Part shown: piece after piece, positions 26,584 through 30,609 of the stretch
Layout: each line of letters starts with the position of its first letter
How positions within the stretch are numbered: the stretch's first letter is position 1
IMG/VR virus record: IMGVR_UViG_3300016265_000403
Span: 1 to 30,609 of that record
Reading direction: 5' to 3' (one strand)
DNA from: a virus
Taxonomy: Duplodnaviria > Caudoviricetes
DNA length: 30,609 nt
Notes under the pieces: model-generated
What the model was told of the DNA's origin: nothing
Seen by the model: only the letters and a program-made list of their open reading frames with translations
Database searches by the model: none
Position numbers and translations under genes: made by a program

Positions 26584-27399
26584 TTAAAACGGCAAATCCG
26601 TTTCCATTTTGTTTAAGGTTGAACCTTGGGATTCTACAATAGGCTTATTAGGCGTTTTAACGGCTTGTACGGCATTATTTTTTTCCGTTGGGGTGGTTAT
26701 ACTGCCGTTAAAATATTCTTTCCCAGATTGCCCAATTTTAAGCCACAAAGCGACCTCTTTTAAATGGGTTACTCCATCAATTTCAATGGCTATTGTGCCT
26801 CTTAAATCTGGATGCTTTTCAGCCTTTTTTTGGTTGTGGTGTAAAATGATTGTGTTTGGTTTTTGAACAAATGAATTTTCCATAAAATTTAATTTTAAAT
26901 TTTGTTTAGGTTGTTGTAAAAAGTTAGGTTTGAAAATTGTAAATGATGAAATTTTTTGAATGCAATCTTTAATCGGTAAATAATATACAACGGATTTGTT
27001 CATTGGCTTTGTATATGGTTTGTATTTGTCAATATTTAATAAAAACCAGTCCAATAATTCTTTCCGTTTGTAACACAAGAAAACAGAATTAAATTCTTGG
27101 GCAATGTAAACTGCCTTTCCAAAAATCCATCCATCATAACCAGCGTTGTTTTTGTATTCAATCGTAAAGCAATCTTCAACATAAAATTCTGGATGGTCTG
27201 GATTTGTTTTCTGTCCTTTGATTTCATAACCCACATCGTTTATAAAAATGTCAATGTGGTCTTTTATATCTTGGTCTTGCGTTGGCTCACGAATGCGAAT
27301 ATTCTTCATTTGTGTAACAATTAACTTTTTAAATTCAACTGCTACACGATTACCACGCAACAAGTCCAATTGATATTGGTGGTTAAAATCGGTAAACAT
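26584..27399 (-). CDS. PD-(D/E)XK-like nuclease domain in frame with a C-terminal SSB-like (DUF736-like) domain
   Basis: N-terminal QDIKDHID...YEIKGQK...IEYKN..G..GW. From the internal ATG at 26883: KHPDLRG...VALW...GKEYFNG...DLPF acidic tail. Confidence 0.6.
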   Translation of the reverse strand: MFTDFNHQYQLDLLRGNRVAVEFKKLIVTQMKNIRIREPTQDQDIKDHIDIFINDVGYEIKGQKTNPDHPEFYVEDCFTIEYKNNAGYDGWIFGKAVYIAQEFNSVFLCYKRKELLDWFLLNIDKYKPYTKPMNKSVVYYLPIKDCIQKISSFTIFKPNFLQQPKQNLKLNFMENSFVQKPNTIILHHNQKKAEKHPDLRGTIAIEIDGVTHLKEVALWLKIGQSGKEYFNGSITTPTEKNNAVQAVKTPNKPIVESQGSTLNKMETDLPF

Positions 27400-27401
27400 T
27401 G

Positions 27402-27620
27402 TCAATTGGTTTGTTCATTGTTAGCAAGATAATACAAATGGTCATTAGTGCATTCAATAGAATGCCCATCTTTTTTTAAGTCTTGTAACAAACGATAACA
27501 AGTTCTCCAATTAATTCGCAAACTAATTGCAATGTCTTTAATGGACATTGGAGTTTTTTCAATTAAACAAATGAAATCAATTTTAGCGTTCTTTCGTTTT
27601 TGTTCGGATTTATTTAACAT
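27402..27620 (-). CDS. Small winged-HTH DNA-binding protein
   Basis: MSIKDIAISLRINWRTCYRLLQDLKKDGHSI followed by a beta-wing ending in YY. Confidence 0.7.
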   Translation of the reverse strand: MLNKSEQKRKNAKIDFICLIEKTPMSIKDIAISLRINWRTCYRLLQDLKKDGHSIECTNDHLYYLANNEQTN

Positions 27621-27624
27621 AGTG

Positions 27625-28104
27625 TTATTTTTTAAAGGTTATTGCAATGGATTGTTTAGTGATTTTTGGTGGTACAACTGGTACGATTTCGCCTCCATCT
27701 GTATCCGTAATTTGGACTGATGGATTTTTAAACGCAAGTTTTAAAAGTTCTTCACGCTCTTTAACTTTTGCTTTTAATTCGCAATACATTGGGTCGCTAT
27801 CGTAATTAGGTGTATTAAATCGTTCACGCAATTTAGCCGTTGCCGTACTAAATTCCAATTCGTTGTTATGACCTCTGGTTGTAATTTCTTCAATCACGGC
27901 TTGTTCGGTTTCGTCTATAATTGTTTCCAGAATTTTCATAATTGCCTTGCAACGCATATGGACATCTATGGCTAAATAATCACCATCCATAACTTGATTG
28001 ATTATAAAATTAGCCAATTCATCCATTTCCGTTTTTGTCGGAATTTGGTCTTGCGTAACGGATGCAATTGATGGAATTAATTCAAAAGATTGTTTAGTTT
28101 TCAT
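27625..28104 (-). CDS. Hypothetical protein of the recombination module
   Basis: 159-aa helical ORF; its start shares base 28104 with the stop of the annealing-protein gene. Confidence 0.6.
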   Translation of the reverse strand: MKTKQSFELIPSIASVTQDQIPTKTEMDELANFIINQVMDGDYLAIDVHMRCKAIMKILETIIDETEQAVIEEITTRGHNNELEFSTATAKLRERFNTPNYDSDPMYCELKAKVKEREELLKLAFKNPSVQITDTDGGEIVPVVPPKITKQSIAITFKK

Positions 28105-28625
28105 TAGTTAGAAATTTTAGATTGTAGGTCAATTAAATTAGTTAAATACGCAATACCTTTTTGGTATCGTTCAATGGTAAAGTTAGCCGTATTGGAAAAC
28201 TGCCTTGCCGTTTCTGGGTCAAGTTGTGCTAACAAAGAATTGTATTGTTCACTTGCTTGGATGAACTCTTGCTTTTGTAAGGCATTTGTTACATCTTCGG
28301 CACTTGCAATACTAAAATCTTCAATTGCAATTCCACAAATTGTCAATGCTCTACCAATTGCCGATGTTTCGCAATTTTCCACATATGATGTTTTATTAAT
28401 CATTGTGGATTGCTTGGTTTCGTGAGCGTGACCAGTTGCTACAATGCGACCATCTGTGTTACGGATTACTGCCCTAACGCAACAATGCTCTGGTGTAAGG
28501 TCTATAAATTCCGTTTCAATAGACCAACCTTTGTATTCTTCATTGTTACGGAAATAGGCAAGTTTGTCGGATACCATTACATAATCTTTGCCTTTGATGT
28601 TGATAGTTCTAAATTTAGTTTTCAT
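28104..28625 (-). CDS. Putative single-strand annealing protein (Rad52/Sak-like)
   Basis: INIKGKDYVMV, WSIETE, IVATGHAHE and INKTSYVENCETSAIGRAL; lies upstream of the SSB-like and replication genes. Confidence 0.6.
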   Translation of the reverse strand: MKTKFRTINIKGKDYVMVSDKLAYFRNNEEYKGWSIETEFIDLTPEHCCVRAVIRNTDGRIVATGHAHETKQSTMINKTSYVENCETSAIGRALTICGIAIEDFSIASAEDVTNALQKQEFIQASEQYNSLLAQLDPETARQFSNTANFTIERYQKGIAYLTNLIDLQSKISN

Positions 28626-28651
28626 TGGTTTGTTTTTAATTGTTTAAATGA

Positions 28652-28879
28652 TTAATCGTTTAATTGTTCATCTGCTCCCAAACCAGTAAAAAACCAGCGT
28701 GAAAAAAGCAAACTAAAATTGAATACATTTGCTGGTGTTGGTTCAAATGGAATGGTAATTATTAATTCATCCACATCATAACCATTGTTACCATCTGCGT
28801 ATTCAAAAGGTATTTCGTTTTCGGTAAGGAAATCAGTTAAGCCGTATGTATCGGCAACTAAAATTTTGTAGTCAAGCAT
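28652..28879 (-). CDS. Hypothetical acidic protein
   Basis: 75-aa ORF with an AT-rich start context. Confidence 0.55.
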   Translation of the reverse strand: MLDYKILVADTYGLTDFLTENEIPFEYADGNNGYDVDELIITIPFEPTPANVFNFSLLFSRWFFTGLGADEQLND

Positions 28880-28904
28880 AATTTAAAATTTATGGGTTAA
28901 ATGA

Positions 28905-28937
28905 AATAAAAAAAGGCATTGCTAAATACAATGCCTT
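28905..28937 (-). terminator. Intrinsic terminator-like hairpin
   Basis: Minus strand AAGGCATTG-TATTTAG-CAATGCCTT followed by TTTTTATTT. Confidence 0.7.
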
Positions 28938-28978
28938 ACAAGTGGAATTACTCTTTCTTTCATAGTTGTGTTATTTAA

Positions 28979-29212
28979 TTAACCAAAGCATTCGGAATAA
29001 TACGCTTGTGCTTCTTCGTCTGGGTCGCTACCATCGGCATATAAATCGTATGGTGCATAAGGAGTGCATTTGTAAATGTGCAACCATTTACCAGTAGATA
29101 ATTGAAATGGAGGCATTTCAGCAATTGCGTATTTATACAATTTAAATACAATGTTTGAATTCAATGTTTCGGAATCCGTTATGTGCATAATGATTCGGTT
29201 ACTATTCTTCAT
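28979..29212 (-). CDS. Hypothetical protein
   Basis: 77-aa ORF overlapping the end of the upstream ORF. Confidence 0.55.
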   Translation of the reverse strand: MKNSNRIIMHITDSETLNSNIVFKLYKYAIAEMPPFQLSTGKWLHIYKCTPYAPYDLYADGSDPDEEAQAYYSECFG

Positions 29213-29663
29213 TGTCTTGTAGTTTAAAATTATTTAAATCAACATCGAATTCTTTTTTGTAATATTCTTCCACATTAAATCCATCATCATTATATGATTG
29301 CTTAAATGAGGTCAAAACATCATTAGCCGTTTTGTATCTAAATGCGTAAACATATTCTTTTGGTTCAATTTCATTATCGTAACAAAAGTCAACAAAATTC
29401 CTAATGTCGCTAATGACAAAATAACTCCTACCATCCGACCAAAAGTTAGATGAGTCGCAATCCCATTTAGCCAAATCAGCACACGAATGTGGGGTAATAG
29501 ATATTCTTGATATGATGTTGCTAAAACACCAATCGTTCCCATCGCAATCAGCACCAACGCCAATAACCCAATGCAACGCTAACACATTTCCAAAATTTGG
29601 AGATGATGGGTTGTGGTCTATCAAGATGCGACCAATGTAGTTATGCGAATTTTCGTTTTTCAT
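29202..29663 (-). CDS. Hypothetical protein
   Basis: 153-aa ORF, acidic and rich in aromatic residues, with an ATG start. Confidence 0.65.
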   Translation of the reverse strand: MKNENSHNYIGRILIDHNPSSPNFGNVLALHWVIGVGADCDGNDWCFSNIISRISITPHSCADLAKWDCDSSNFWSDGRSYFVISDIRNFVDFCYDNEIEPKEYVYAFRYKTANDVLTSFKQSYNDDGFNVEEYYKKEFDVDLNNFKLQDNEE

Positions 29664-29689
29664 TGTTATAAAATTTAGTGAGTTTAAGA

Positions 29690-29959
29690 TTATTTACACA
29701 ATTTAAGAATGTCTTTGATTTCGGCTTTAATGCGTTTTGCCGTTTCACCTTTCCAGCCTTGTGCATTGGATAAGAAGTAACGCAATACGGATTCAGCAGA
29801 ATCAAAATAATAACTATCGGTAATCCAAGTTAATTGTTGCATTGCCTCCCAATATGGCTTTGCGTATGGGGACATATTCCCCCAATCCATTTCAATATCA
29901 TCTGCAATAGAACGGATTGGTCTGTGGTTTGGAAATTGTTTTGGTGTTAGGTCTTTCAT
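29690..29959 (-). CDS. Conserved-looking small phage protein (MKDLTPK...)
   Basis: RPIRSIADDIEMDW...AKPYWEAM...YYFDSAESVLRYFLSNAQGWKGETAKRIKAE resembles a recurrent phage hypothetical family. ATG 29959 is preferred to the longer ORF. Confidence 0.65.
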   Translation of the reverse strand: MKDLTPKQFPNHRPIRSIADDIEMDWGNMSPYAKPYWEAMQQLTWITDSYYFDSAESVLRYFLSNAQGWKGETAKRIKAEIKDILKLCK

Positions 29960-29969
29960 TGTTTTAAAT

Positions 29970-30194
29970 TTATATTGTGGTTTTGTTTGATGTTGTGTTA
30001 GGAAAAATGGATAAATGATATTGTTTGTGGTATTTATGGGTTGTAAAAAATCCATCCGTAAACTCAAATTGTTTGACAGATTTATAACACATATCGCCAT
30101 TATAAATGGTATGTCCAGTTAATGGACAAACTGAATTGCGTTTTGCAATTCCCTCAATTAACGCAATGCGTTGGTTAAAATATTTGACTATCAT
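29970..30194 (-). CDS. Hypothetical protein (MIVKYF...)
   Basis: ATG at 30194 follows a hairpin and a CAAAC-repeat leader; AKRNSVCPLTGHTIYNGD motif. Confidence 0.5.
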   Translation of the reverse strand: MIVKYFNQRIALIEGIAKRNSVCPLTGHTIYNGDMCYKSVKQFEFTDGFFTTHKYHKQYHLSIFPNTTSNKTTI

Positions 30195-30215
30195 AATTGG
30201 TTTGGTTTGGTTTGA

Positions 30216-30253
30216 ATGAAATAAAAAGGCAGTACCCATTTCTGGATACTGCC
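30216..30253 (-). terminator. Intrinsic terminator-like hairpin
   Basis: Minus strand GGCAGTATCCA-GAAA-TGGGTACTGCC followed by TTTTTATTTCA. Confidence 0.75.
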
Positions 30254-30270
30254 GTAACAATAATTAATAA

Positions 30271-30582
30271 TTAGGCTTTAAAAATATGTGTCCAATATTG
30301 CATTGTGTATTTGTCCGAATGCGAAATTGGTAATGGATTTGCAATCAAATTATAACAATCTTTAACGGCATTTGCAAACGGCTCACAATTGACAGAATAC
30401 CAAAAGAAATCATATGGTAATTCCATATAATCGGTATTGCGTATTAAATATTTGAGAAATACATTTACCGAATGTCCAGTAACATCAATGTTTGGTTTGT
30501 ATTCATTAAGCGTATTTTGTAACAATGCCTTAATTTCTGGGTCTTGTTGTTCACTAATTAACGGAATTAACTTGGTTTTCAT
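30271..30582 (-). CDS. Hypothetical protein
   Basis: 103-aa ORF followed by the hairpin at 30216-30253. Confidence 0.6.
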   Translation of the reverse strand: MKTKLIPLISEQQDPEIKALLQNTLNEYKPNIDVTGHSVNVFLKYLIRNTDYMELPYDFFWYSVNCEPFANAVKDCYNLIANPLPISHSDKYTMQYWTHIFKA

Positions 30583-30609
30583 TGTTTCGAATTTGTCAAG
30601 TTCATAACA

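Larger units (their letters stand above)
1..30609. mobile_element. Tailed phage genome segment (siphovirus-like, probable Bacteroidota host)
   Basis: Terminase, portal, capsid, tape measure, lysin and DnaB genes lie in two convergent, tightly packed blocks. No host housekeeping genes or integrase are seen. Starts sit in A-rich contexts without SD motifs. Confidence 0.95.

Noticed and set aside
30198-30214. TTTGG x3 tandem repeat as iterons or a CRISPR remnant
   Set aside because: It is only about 17 nt with no spacers. On the minus strand it is an A/C-rich unstructured leader just before ATG 30194.
1-30609. tRNA genes, CRISPR arrays, integrase/att sites, introns/inteins, diversity-generating retroelement
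   Set aside because: I saw no cloverleaf, repeat-spacer array, recombinase or reverse-transcriptase motifs, and TerL and DnaB are of normal length. Intergenic gaps are mostly too short. Lifestyle cannot be determined from this window.

Overview
The whole window is a gene-dense, AT-rich segment of a tailed dsDNA phage genome, probably a siphovirus. Start contexts lack Shine-Dalgarno motifs and TAnnTTTG boxes are present, which suggests a Bacteroidota host (inference). The plus strand (1-23531) carries, in order: a 7-deazaguanine DNA-modification cluster (partial ParB-like gene, dpdA-like transglycosylase, queC, queD, queE, PRTase-folE fusion); terminase small and large subunits; a glycosyl/acyl-transferase cassette; a tail-chaperone pair joined by a probable -1 frameshift; tail genes and tape measure; prohead protease, scaffold, capsid and tail tube; a second glycosyltransferase; an extended portal; head-tail joining genes; and two membrane proteins. 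The minus strand (23528-30582) carries an amidase endolysin, VRR-NUC nuclease, DnaB helicase, replication initiator, a nuclease/SSB-like fusion, an annealing protein and small early ORFs. The most unusual signals are: three non-canonical enzymes in one deazaguanine pathway (QueC lacking all four Zn cysteines, QueE with CX5CX6C, PRTase fused to FolE); sugar/acyl transferases embedded among virion genes; an apparently complete absence of GATC, AGCT and ACAG[CGT]; and enrichment of the palindrome TGTWACA. All calls come from reading motifs by eye; no database search was run.
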